This document shows, piece by piece, positions 32,764 to 41,904 of a stretch of DNA of 64,000 nt. Below the pieces are notes generated by a model that had not been told where the DNA came from, did not search any database, and worked only from the letters and a program-made list of their open reading frames with translations. This stretch comes from an uncultured Acidobacteriaceae bacterium (GTDB taxonomy: Bacteria; Acidobacteriota; Terriglobia; Terriglobales; Acidobacteriaceae). The first letter of the stretch is position 1. Every line of letters starts with the position of its first letter. The translations under genes and the position numbers were made by a program. Location of the stretch: assembly GCA_963776265.1 (NCBI GenBank), contig CAVZMD010000012.1, forward strand, positions 37,351 through 101,350, given 5' to 3'.

Positions 32764-33183
32764 ATGACGCACCTGCTGCACGGCGTTAATCCGCGCCTGG
32801 CGGGCGGTGTCGCCGCAGGGATAGCAGTTGCCGGAACCGCAGCGTGGATGTATGTGCGCTCGCGTCGGCCTTCGGCTGAAGAGATGGAGCGCCGGCGCCG
32901 GGATCGACTGGCCACGATGGGCCGCATCACCGACGGCGTGCTGATCGACGCGCGCACGCTGGGCGGCGAAGAGACGACCGAGCTCTCGCCTGAGGTGCTC
33001 ATCTACAGCTATCGGCTCGCGGGCGTGACGTACGACTGCGCGCAGGATGTCTCCAAGCTGCCGGAACGCGTCACCGGGTGGCGGCTCGATCAGCCGCTAC
33101 AGGTGCGCTACGACCCTCGCAACCCGGGCAACAGCGTCGTCGTTGCCGAGAGCTGGAGCGGGCTGTGGCAGGACCGTGCGTAG
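32764..33183 (+). CDS. DUF3592-like single-TM protein
   Basis: N-terminal TM; [10 protein letters not shown]; [13 protein letters not shown]. Confidence 0.75.
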   Translation: MTHLLHGVNPRLAGGVAAGIAVAGTAAWMYVRSRRPSAEEMERRRRDRLATMGRITDGVLIDARTLGGEETTELSPEVLIYSYRLAGVTYDCAQDVSKLPERVTGWRLDQPLQVRYDPRNPGNSVVVAESWSGLWQDRA

Positions 33184-33209
33184 CGGCCTACGCTCCACGT
33201 CATCTCTAA

Positions 33210-34309
33210 CTACACGTTGAATTTGAAGAAAAGAACGTCGCCGTCCTTCACCACGTACTCCTTGCCTTCGGAGCGCATAAGGCCTGCTTCTTTAATGGCC
33301 TGCTCGGTGCCGAGGCGGAAGAGGTCCTCGCAGTTGTAGGCCTCCGCGCGGATGAAGCCACGCTCGAAGTCGGAGTGGATGACGCCTGCAGCGCCCGGTG
33401 CCTTGGTTCCGCGGCGGATCGTCCACGCACGGCACTCGTCCGGCCCGGCGGTGAAGTAGGTGACTAGGTCGAGCAGCCGGTATCCCGCGTGAATCAGGCG
33501 GTTCAGGCCGGGCTCGGTGAGGCCCATGTCGGCGAGAAACTCGGTGCGTTCCGCGGGCTCCAGCAGAGCAATCTCCGCCTCCATCGCGCCGGAGATACGG
33601 ACGACCTGCGAACTTTCTTCGGCCGCACGCTGCTCCACCTGCGCAGTGTAGGCGTTGCCGCCGGCGAGCGACGCATCGTCGACGTTGGCGACGTAGAGCA
33701 TGGGCTTCGCGGTGATGAGCTGCAGATCGCGCGTAGCGGCGAGCTCGTCATCGGTTAATTCGGCGGTACGCGCGGGCTTGCCCGCCTCGAGCACGGCCCT
33801 AATCTTCGCGACGCCCGGTGACCTCGCTCTTGATCTTCGGGTCTGTTGAATTTTTGGCTAATTTCTCCAGTCGCTGTGAGCGCTTCTCGACGGAGTCGAG
33901 GTCGGCGAGCATCAGTTCCGTGTTGATGACGTCAATGTCCGAGAGCGGATTGACGCCGCCTGCGACGTGCACGACCTCGGGGTCGTCGAAGCAGCGGACG
34001 ACGTGTACGATGGCGTCGGTTGCGCGAATGTGGCCGAGAAACTGATTGCCGAGGCCCTCGCCCTTGCTCGCCCCGGCTACCAGGCCCGCGATGTCGATGA
34101 ACTCCATTGTCGTGGGGACAAGCGACTTTGGCTTGAAGATAGCGGCGATGCGGTCCAGCCGCTCGTCCGGCACGCTGACGATGCCCACGTTGGGGTCGAT
34201 CGTGCAGAACGGATAGTTGGCGGCCTGCGCCTTGGCAGCGGTAAGCGCGTTGAAGATGGTGGACTTGCCGACGTTCGGCAGTCCTACGATTCCACAGTTA
34301 AAGAGCCAT
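33210..34309 (-). CDS. ychF: Redox-regulated ATPase YchF (frameshifts ~34300 and ~33815)
   Basis: [70 protein letters not shown]. Confidence 0.97.
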
Positions 34310-34368
34310 ATTCCGGGTATTTTTCCTTCTCTTCTATTGGAACATGGAGCGCAGAGATGGTGGGTGTG

Positions 34369-34911
34369 CTACGAGGTGATGTGCGCTGCGGCTTTGCCGA
34401 AGGCCTTCAGTCCGCGCGCAATTTGCCGGCGCTCCTTCGGGCTCAGTACCTCAGCGAGCCGGTCCACCTGCCGTGCATGCGCTGCGAAAACCTGCTCGAT
34501 GAGCCGTCGGCCTGACGGCGTGAGGTCGACGACGCGCACGCGGCGATCCTCGGAGCTGTTTGTGCGCGTGACCAGCCCGCGCTTCAGCAGGCGGTCGACC
34601 GCGACCGAGATCGAGCCCGGTGTGAGAAAGACCTTCGGCCCGATCGTATTCACGGGCATCGGGCCTTTGTGCAGCAGCGCTTCCAGGATGCGAAACTCGG
34701 ACTCGCCAAGGCCGCTGTCCTTCAGTGTGTGCTCGGTAAAACCGAGCAACGAGTGGTATGCCTTGATCAGCACCAGCCAGAGCTGTGTACCCGAGATCTT
34801 GTCGGACTTCTCATCCTTGGCGTTCCGGCTGGCCTTTGGCTGCTTGGATTTAGCGGTGGTTACTGGCTTTTGAGGCTTGTTCGCTTTCGTGGCCTTCGCT
34901 GGATTCTGCAT
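34369..34911 (-). CDS. MarR-family transcriptional regulator
   Basis: FRILEALLHKGP, ISVAVDRL, EDRRVRVVDLTPSG. Confidence 0.93.
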   Translation of the reverse strand: MQNPAKATKANKPQKPVTTAKSKQPKASRNAKDEKSDKISGTQLWLVLIKAYHSLLGFTEHTLKDSGLGESEFRILEALLHKGPMPVNTIGPKVFLTPGSISVAVDRLLKRGLVTRTNSSEDRRVRVVDLTPSGRRLIEQVFAAHARQVDRLAEVLSPKERRQIARGLKAFGKAAAHITS

Positions 34912-34913
34912 CG

Positions 34914-34946
34914 TTTCAATACCTATTGACATCAATATAATTGAAA
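34914..34946. promoter_or_regulatory. Palindromic operator between marR and the LLM gene
   Basis: TTTCAAT-ACC-TATTGA-CA-TCAATA-TA-ATTGAAA nested inverted repeats. Confidence 0.7.
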
Positions 34947-34970
34947 TGAATGGAATTGGGGGAGAAAATC

Positions 34971-36018
34971 ATGCGGATTGGAATTGATAGCTTCGTCGAG
35001 ATGCTGGCGGATGGACGCCCGGCCGGAGAGCAGGGGCGCGACCGCGTGGCGCAGCTCATGGAGGAGATCACACTCGCCGACCGCGTAGGCCTCGACAGCT
35101 TTGGGATCGGTGAGCATCACCGCGAGGAGTACGTGGCGAGTTCGCCCGCGGTATTGCTGGGCGCAGCGGCCACGCGCACAGAAAAGATTCGCCTCACGAG
35201 CGCTGTCACAGTACTCAGCTCGGACGATCCGGTGCGGGTCTTCCAGGACTTTGCGACGCTCGACCTCGTATCGAATGGTCGGGCCGAGATTATCGTCGGG
35301 CGCGGCTCCTTCATTGAGTCCTACCCGCTCTTCGGCTACGACCTCAAGGATTACGACGACCTTTTCGCCGAGAAACTCGACCTGTTGCTGCATCTCCGGG
35401 ACGAGGTGAAGGTCCACTGGGAGGGCAAGCACCGCTCGTCGCTGAGCGGGCAGGGTGTATGGCCGCGCCCCGTTCAACCGGTGCTTCCCATCCGGCTGGG
35501 CGTCGGGGGAACGCCGAACTCCTTTGTGCGCGCAGGCATGCTCGGACTGCCGCTGACGGTCGCGATCATTGGCGGCGAACCGCATCGCTTCCGCCCGCTG
35601 ATCAATCTGTATCGCGAGGCCGGACGCCGCGCTGGGCATACTCCGGAGTTGCTCGATGTTGCGGTGCATGCAATCGGCTATGTTGCCGAGACCGATCAGC
35701 AGGCGGCCGATGAGCTGTGGCCCGCGTATTCACAGACCTTCAGTCGCATAGGCAAAGAGCGCGGCTGGGGACCGATGACGCGCACGGCGTTCGATGCTCA
35801 GCGCGGCCCTGGCGGCGCATTCGTCGTCGGCTCGCCGGAGACCGCGGCGGCAAAGATCCGGTATATCAGCGATTCGCTGGGCGGAGTCTCCCAGGTCAGC
35901 CTCATGATGTCCGGTGGCCCGCTGTCGCACGACAAGATGCTGCGGGCGATCGGACTGCTTGGGCAACGAGGTGCGGCCCCTCGTGCAGCAAGAAGCCATT
36001 GCGACCGCCATCGCGTAA
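34971..36018 (+). CDS. LLM-class flavin-dependent oxidoreductase (frameshift ~35962)
   Basis: GIGEHHR, RLTSAVTVLSSDDPVRVFQDFATLD, GRGSFIES; alternative frame gives GNEVRPLV...IA stop. Confidence 0.92.
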
Positions 36019-36090
36019 ACGGGCGGTCGTCACGACGAAAAGGCCTCGCACCGGCGCTGACAAAGGTGCAATGAATCGTTCTCCGAAACA

Positions 36091-36161
36091 AATCGAGGCA
36101 CCCATAGCGGGCGCCTCGATTGGAGGTTGTCGTGGGGAGAGGAGGTAGAGAACTCTCTCCC
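36091..36161. terminator. Hairpins between convergent LLM and PEP-CTERM genes
   Basis: AATCGAGGC..GCCTCGATT and GGGAGAG..CTCTCCC stems. Confidence 0.55.
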
Positions 36162-36163
36162 GT

Positions 36164-36830
36164 TTATTTGCGCAGCATGCGACGACGGAGGCCAGCGCCA
36201 ACGGCCAGAAGGCCGGTGCCAAGTAGGCTCAGGGTCGAAGGTTCGGGTACTGGACCTGCCGGGACGAAGCCAGCAAAGTTTTGCGTCTGACCGTCCTGCA
36301 GGCTGAAAAGGCCAGGTTGGTAAGTCGTCAGGTTTGTGTTGATGATAAAGGTATAGCTGGTTTCCCCAGGCGTTAGGCCGTTGGGCACACCAAAACCGAA
36401 GCCAACCGTCGAGCTATCGCTCGTCCAAGCGGCGATAGTTGCCGGAGTGCATACACCCCCCGGGCAGGGAATTGAGCCGTCAAGAGTCAGGCCGATCTGG
36501 GCAACGTCTAGCATGATACCCGGAATGGCGAAGCTCTCAGTTGTCAGGTTCACGATGTTACCGGCCGTCACGTGGATCTGGTACCAGAAGGCGATGTCGC
36601 CGGCACCGAAGGGATTAGAGGAGTTGTTAACAACTACCTCTTGGACGGTACCCGTATCCCCGCCGAAGCTGAAGGCTACTGCGCCGGTATTCGCAAGTAT
36701 GGTGGCACCGGGAGCTTTCGGCACCGGGAACGGCAGTGGTACCCGGAGTTATGCTCGTTGCAAACGAGGGTGTAGCTACCCCCGCCATCAGAAGTACGGC
36801 TACTGCAGAGATTCCACTCAGAACCTTCAT
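36164..36830 (-). CDS. PEP-CTERM sorting domain protein 1 (single-base frameshift ~36727)
   Basis: MKVLSGISAVAVLL signal; C-terminal VPEPSTLSLLGTGLLAVGAGLRRRMLRK; paralog of 37184..37834. Confidence 0.92.
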
Positions 36831-36873
36831 TCGTCTTCCTCCCCACATGTTGGTGGTACTGGCATGTAAGAAG

Positions 36874-36963
36874 GCAGTTAGCTTGCCAATCAGCGGAAAT
36901 GTAAGCTGTTGAAATCGCGACAAAAATCTTTTGGCGACGATTTCCCTTAAGCAACATTTTGCA
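36874..36963 (-). promoter_or_regulatory. Sigma54 promoter, IHF site and upstream palindrome for PEP-CTERM gene 1
   Basis: TGGCAAGCTAACTGC (36888-36874); TTTCAACAGCTTA (36914-36902); AGCAACATTTTGCA (36950-36963). Confidence 0.7.
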
Positions 36964-37129
36964 GGCTTAAAGGATAACAATCTGCCAAGCATGTCGAGCG
37001 ATTAACTGTTGAGTAATGGGGCATTTATGCGGCGAATCTCTCGCACATCGAAGTGAATCGACGGCCATCGACTTGTTTGACGCGCCCAGGAGTGAGGGTT
37101 GTCTCGGTTCCGATTGTCGGTTGGGGGAG

Positions 37130-37159
37130 GTGGGAGAGTCAAGGATCCGACTCTCCCAC
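37130..37159 (-). terminator. Hairpin after PEP-CTERM gene 2
   Basis: GTGGGAGAGTC-N8-GACTCTCCCAC, no strong U-tract. Confidence 0.55.
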
Positions 37160-37183
37160 TTAGACCGACAAGCAGGGTGCGTT

Positions 37184-37834
37184 TTACGCCCGGCGCATCT
37201 TGCGACGGAGGCCAGCGCCGGCGGCCAGAAGGCCAGTGCCGAGCAGGCTGAGCGTCGAAGGCTCAGGAGTAGCTGAAGGGACGAAGCCTTGGAAGTTCTG
37301 CGTCTGGCCGTCCTGCAGGCTGAAAACACCAGGCTCATAATTCGTCAGATTTGTGTTGACGATAAGCAGATAGCTATTGTCCCCATGCGTCAGGCCGTCG
37401 GGCAGTGGAAACCCAAAGCCAAGCGTCGTTCCATCGCTGGTAAGCGATGCGGACGTTGCTTGGGTCGTGGGGTAAGGGGGTCCGAAGAGTCCTTGGCTTG
37501 ACTGGGCAACATCAATCGAGATGCCCGGAACGGCGAAACTCTCAGTGGTGAGTCTATCGATGTTCCCGCTCGTGACCGTGATCTGGTAGATGAAGGTCAG
37601 GTCAGTTGCGCCGAAGGGATTATTCGTCCAGTTGTTGGCAACGACTTCTTCAACCGTACCCGCATCCCCGCCGAAGTTAAAGTTGATTACACCGGTATCT
37701 GCAACGAGACTGCCAAAGGCGGTTACAACCTCGGGCGCGACAACAGAACCCGGGGTCAAACTGGTCGCGAACGAGGGCGTAGCGGCCCCCGCTATCAGAA
37801 GTGCAAGCACAGAAATTCCACTTAGAACTTTCAT
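37184..37834 (-). CDS. PEP-CTERM sorting domain protein 2
   Basis: Signal peptide; C-terminal TPEPSTLSLLGTGLLAAGAGLRRKMRRA. Confidence 0.95.
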   Translation of the reverse strand: MKVLSGISVLALLIAGAATPSFATSLTPGSVVAPEVVTAFGSLVADTGVINFNFGGDAGTVEEVVANNWTNNPFGATDLTFIYQITVTSGNIDRLTTESFAVPGISIDVAQSSQGLFGPPYPTTQATSASLTSDGTTLGFGFPLPDGLTHGDNSYLLIVNTNLTNYEPGVFSLQDGQTQNFQGFVPSATPEPSTLSLLGTGLLAAGAGLRRKMRRA

Positions 37835-37874
37835 TCATCCTCCCCCACATATTGGTGGTTTGCTTACCTATAAA

Positions 37875-37963
37875 GCATGTGGGGAGCCATTCCGGGCGGC
37901 TACAAGTTATTGATAATACGCATGCATTTTGCGGGAACGTGAGCAACTGTGCAAGTTCTTGCA
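37875..37963 (-). promoter_or_regulatory. Sigma54 promoter, IHF site and upstream palindrome for PEP-CTERM gene 2
   Basis: TGGCTCCCCACATGC (37889-37875); TATCAATAACTTG matches WATCAANNNNTTR (37915-37903); TGCAAGTTCTTGCA (37950-37963). Confidence 0.72.
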
Positions 37964-38224
37964 TATATAGACGGTAGTCGTATTCCGACGCTCAGTGTTG
38001 TTGATGTTGCAAATAAGCGACTTAAGTACCGTGCGTGAACAAGTCGTGTCCAAGTAGATGCAACGAGTTGCAGAAATCTGCGGCTGGGCTTTTTGCCGTC
38101 ACGCAACGTGCGAGGCACCAGTCGGGATGACTGGCGCCGCGTTGTGCCAGGAGCGCTCGGCTCGCAGAACGAGTCGAGGATCGTCTCGCCGCGAAAGGTC
38201 TACGCCTTGTCAAATTAGGCAGGC

Positions 38225-39611
38225 CTACGGGTATATGCGATTGAGGGTGCGCGCGAAGGGGATGGTTTCGCGAACGTGCTCAAGGCCGCAGATCCAGGCG
38301 ACGCAGCGCTCGATGCCCATGCCGAAGCCGCTGTGAGGGACACTGCCGTACTTCCGCAGGTCGAGGTACCACTGGAAGGCGGCGAGCGGGAGATCGTGGG
38401 ACTCGATGCGTGATTTCAGGAGGTCGTAGTCGTCGATGCGCTGCGAGCCGCCGATGATCTCGCCGTACCCTTCGGGTGCAAGGACGTCGACGCAGAGGGC
38501 CTTGGTAGAGTCCTTAGGGTCCGGCTCCATGTAGAAGGCCTTGATGTCGGCAGGGTAGCGATGGACCATGACGGGCTTGTCGAACTGCGAAGAGATGTAG
38601 GTCTCGTCGGGCGAGCCGAAGTCGTCGCCGTAGGTGTGCGGATTTTCGAGCTTGCCGCCCTTGTACGCCTGCTCGAGCATGGCGTGCGCTTCGTCATAGG
38701 TCATCTTCGGGAACCCACTCCGTGGGGATTTACCACCTTCGGCGTGGCTTCCTGATGCATCCGTCGCGATCACCGCTTCGAGCTTGGAGACGTCACGGCC
38801 GATGACGGTGAGGTCGGCGCGGTGCTGTTCGAGAACGCGCGTGACGATGTGGGTGAGGAAGTTTTCAGCCAGCGTCATGAGGCCGTCGAGGTCGAGGTAG
38901 GCCTCCTCGGGCTCGATCATCCAGAACTCGGTGAGGTGGCGGCGGGTCTTGGACTTTTCGGCGCGGAAGGTAGGGCCGAAGCTAGTAGACCTTGCCGAGC
39001 GCGAGGGCGGTGGCCTCGACGTAGAGCTGGCCGGACTGCGTGAGATAGGCCATCTCTTCGTCGAAATACTTCATCTCGAAGAGGTCGGAGGTGCCTTCGC
39101 AGGCGTTGGGCGTGAGGATGGGCGGGTCGGTGCGGACGAATCCATTGATATCAAAGTATTCCGCTGCGGCCCGCATAATGGCAGCCCGAACGCGCAGGAT
39201 GGCGGACTGGCGCGGCGTGCGCAGCCACAGGTGACGGTGCTCCATGAGGAAGTCAACGCCGTGCTCTTTGCGCGAAATGGGATAGGGGGTTTCTTCGGGG
39301 ATGCGCTGCGTGACCGTGACGTCCTGCACGTCGAGCTCGACGCCGGAGGGAGCGCGCTGGTCTTCGCGGACAGTGCCGGTGACGGTGAGCGAGGACTCGA
39401 GCGTGAGGTTCTTGAGGGTCTCGAAGACCTGCTCGGGAACGGCGGCCTTGGGGACGATGCCCTGGACCGTGCCGGTACCGTCGCGGAAGGTCGGGAAGAG
39501 GAGCTTGCCGGAGCTGCGCAGGTTATAGAGCCAACCGCGGAGGGTGACGGACTGGCCGATGTGCATCTTGAGGTTGGCGATGGTGGTGAGAACGGGTGTG
39601 ACTTCGGACAT
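38225..39611 (-). CDS. asnS: Asparagine--tRNA ligase (frameshift ~38985)
   Basis: [73 protein letters not shown]. Confidence 0.96.
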
Positions 39612-39706
39612 GACAGGGTCAAGTCTACGTGATCAGAAGCGGAGAAAAGGCAACCGGGCGAACGGCCGCGGGTTGCCCAGTGGTGAAGCGGATTGCAGGG
39701 CCTGCC

Positions 39707-40125
39707 TTAGCGTCCGTGCGTAGATCCCTGCCTCATGCGGTGACCAGCGAAGGGTGCCTTGTAGTAGGCCTTCACGCCGCAGTCGTTATAGAGGACGTCG
39801 TTGACGTCGTCGGTTGGGAGAGACCGGGGATCGCGCTGAGGTATTCGTAGATGGCGGTGAGCTGGTGATCGGTCATGTTGTGGAAGGTGGGCCAGGGCAT
39901 GACCTGCAGGACGGAGCCGTCGACCGGCGCCGGAATGCAGTTAGCCGGAGTGGGCGTCGGCGTGGGTGACGTGCAGGTAGGGTGGAGGTGGTCGAAGTCG
40001 GTGCCCATCCGCATGATCTGTATGAACTGGGCGAGAGTCTGACCGCCCTCGGCGCGACCTGTTTTATCGGGAGTGAGGTTGCGGGCGATGATGTCGGGGC
40101 CGACATAATCGCCGTAACCCGCTTC
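39707..40125 (-). pseudogene. 3' remnant of a cytochrome c-family gene lacking start and CxxCH
   Basis: YVGPDIIARNLTPDKTG..QFIQIMRMG..MPWPTFHNMTDHQLTAIYEYLSAIP; abuts the prmC stop; internal frameshift ~39825. Confidence 0.7.
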
Positions 40126-40127
40126 GA

Positions 40128-41060
40128 TCAGGGTCGAATCGCGAGGGCGACGCGCGGGATGGAGGCGTAGTCGTCGAGAAAGCGGACCGCGATCCAGTTG
40201 GCGAGGAGTTCGGCGAGGGCGTCACGCTGGCCGTAGCCGATCTCGAGGGCAAGGAGGCCGCCGGGTCGCAGCAGATCGAACGCCTGAGGAATGAGGCGGT
40301 GGTAGATGTCGAGGCCCGAGGAGCCGGCGTGGAGGGCAAGTGAGGGCTCGTGATCGCGGACCTCAGGGGCCAGGGTGGCGTCGCCGAGTGCGACGTACGG
40401 GGGGTTGGACGCGATGACGTCGAAGCTGGGGATGTCAAAGGCGGAGCTAGCGGGCGTCGTCATACCCTCGAAGGGGTCGGATCCGGCGACGAGGGGATTG
40501 AGGGAGTCGCCAGTGAAGAGAGGGTCGCGCGCGGCGTGCGGCTTGAGCAGCGGGGAGAGGAGATCGCCCTGAAGGAAGCGGATGCGCGAGTCGACGCCGA
40601 GGCGGCCGGCGTTGTCGCGCGCGACGGCGAGCGCCGCTGGAGAGACGTCGATGGCGGTGAGGTGGGCGTGCTCGAGTACGGAGGCCAGGGCGATCGCGAT
40701 GGCCCCGGAGCCCGTGCCGACGTCGGCGATGTGGAGATGCGGGTCAGCTTGGGCGCGGGCGAAGTCGAGGACGGCTTCGACGAGGTGCTCGGTCTCGGGG
40801 CGAGGAATGAGCACGTCCGGGGTGACACGGAAGGCGAGACCGAAGAACTCCTGCATTCCGGTGAGATGCTGAAGCGGTTCCTGCGCGGCGCGGCGAGCGA
40901 CGAGGGAGCGGAGCGTGTCGAGGTCGGACGCGGGCAGGTCATCGTCAGTATGCGCGAGCAGCCAGGCACGATCGCGATGGAGGATGTGTGCGAGCAGGGT
41001 TTCGGCGTCGCGGCGGCTGATAGAGGCAGAGGCTTCGAGGAGAGCGTCGCGGAGAGTCAT
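40128..41060 (-). CDS. prmC: Release factor glutamine N5-methyltransferase
   Basis: EPLQHLTG..FFG, VLIPRPETE, DVGTGSGAIA, SNPPYV, LEIGYGQ. Confidence 0.96.
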   Translation of the reverse strand: MTLRDALLEASASISRRDAETLLAHILHRDRAWLLAHTDDDLPASDLDTLRSLVARRAAQEPLQHLTGMQEFFGLAFRVTPDVLIPRPETEHLVEAVLDFARAQADPHLHIADVGTGSGAIAIALASVLEHAHLTAIDVSPAALAVARDNAGRLGVDSRIRFLQGDLLSPLLKPHAARDPLFTGDSLNPLVAGSDPFEGMTTPASSAFDIPSFDVIASNPPYVALGDATLAPEVRDHEPSLALHAGSSGLDIYHRLIPQAFDLLRPGGLLALEIGYGQRDALAELLANWIAVRFLDDYASIPRVALAIRP

Positions 41061-41160
41061 CTGTGGAGAGAATAGCGCTGCAGTGCTTCCTTCTTTGACA
41101 GGTGGCGTGCGATGTTTTCAGAAGAGAAGCTCAGGATGTGATCGGGACTGGGAGATTGCC

Positions 41161-41883
41161 ATGGAAGTGCATGCGCCACATCATCCGCTCAACACGTGGA
41201 GAGAGTTCTGGATCCACCTGGGAACGATCACGGTCGGTCTGCTGATCGCCCTGGGGTTGGAGCAGAGTGTGGAGTGGGGGCACCGGACGCATGAGAAGCA
41301 TGCGCTGCAACAAGAGCTGCACGACGAGGGCGAGCACAACGAGGCGACTCTGAAGATGGACTTCGAGCGGATGGCCGCTCTGAAGAACTCCCTGGTGGCA
41401 TGGCACCGGGGAGTGGATGATGCGATTGCGAAGGGCGGCGGGCTGGACGATCCGCCCGGCCAGAGTACGACCACGGGAACAATCGCGCTTCCGTCGGAGG
41501 CAATGTGGGACAGCGCAAGGGCAAGCGGTCGGGTGGGGCTGCTCTCTGACGAACAGACGGCGGTGTATGCGTTTCTCTACCAGCAGGAAGACCGCTTAAA
41601 GGCCCAGCAGAAGGACTGGACGACCGCGGCGGTAGAGAAGCAGGAGCTGGAGCGGAGGTTCGAGCGGAGCTTTGAGGAGACGGGAAAGGACGGCGTGCCG
41701 GATTTCTCGAAAATGAATGTCGATGATCTGAAGAGTTATTCGGCGGTGCTGAATCGCGAGATTGCCGAGATGGATGAGATGACGATCCTGCTGCACTACT
41801 TCGACTCGGTGAACCGCGCAGTGCTCGACGGTGCGCGGTCGCAGGAGGATGTGGTGCGCAAGGTGGATGAGGAGAAGATGTAG
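41161..41883 (+). CDS. Hypothetical protein with N-terminal TM and helical domain
   Basis: MEVHAPHHPLNTWREFWIHLGTITVGLLIALGLEQ; GGAG SD. Confidence 0.8.
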   Translation: MEVHAPHHPLNTWREFWIHLGTITVGLLIALGLEQSVEWGHRTHEKHALQQELHDEGEHNEATLKMDFERMAALKNSLVAWHRGVDDAIAKGGGLDDPPGQSTTTGTIALPSEAMWDSARASGRVGLLSDEQTAVYAFLYQQEDRLKAQQKDWTTAAVEKQELERRFERSFEETGKDGVPDFSKMNVDDLKSYSAVLNREIAEMDEMTILLHYFDSVNRAVLDGARSQEDVVRKVDEEKM

Positions 41884-41904
41884 CGACGGCTTTGCGCGTG
41901 CGCA

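Noticed and set aside
36831-36848. Upstream ATG (MWGGRR) as a leader peptide for PEP-CTERM genes
   Set aside because: In frame in gene 1 but out of frame in gene 2, and it lacks its own SD; better explained as conserved UTR sequence.
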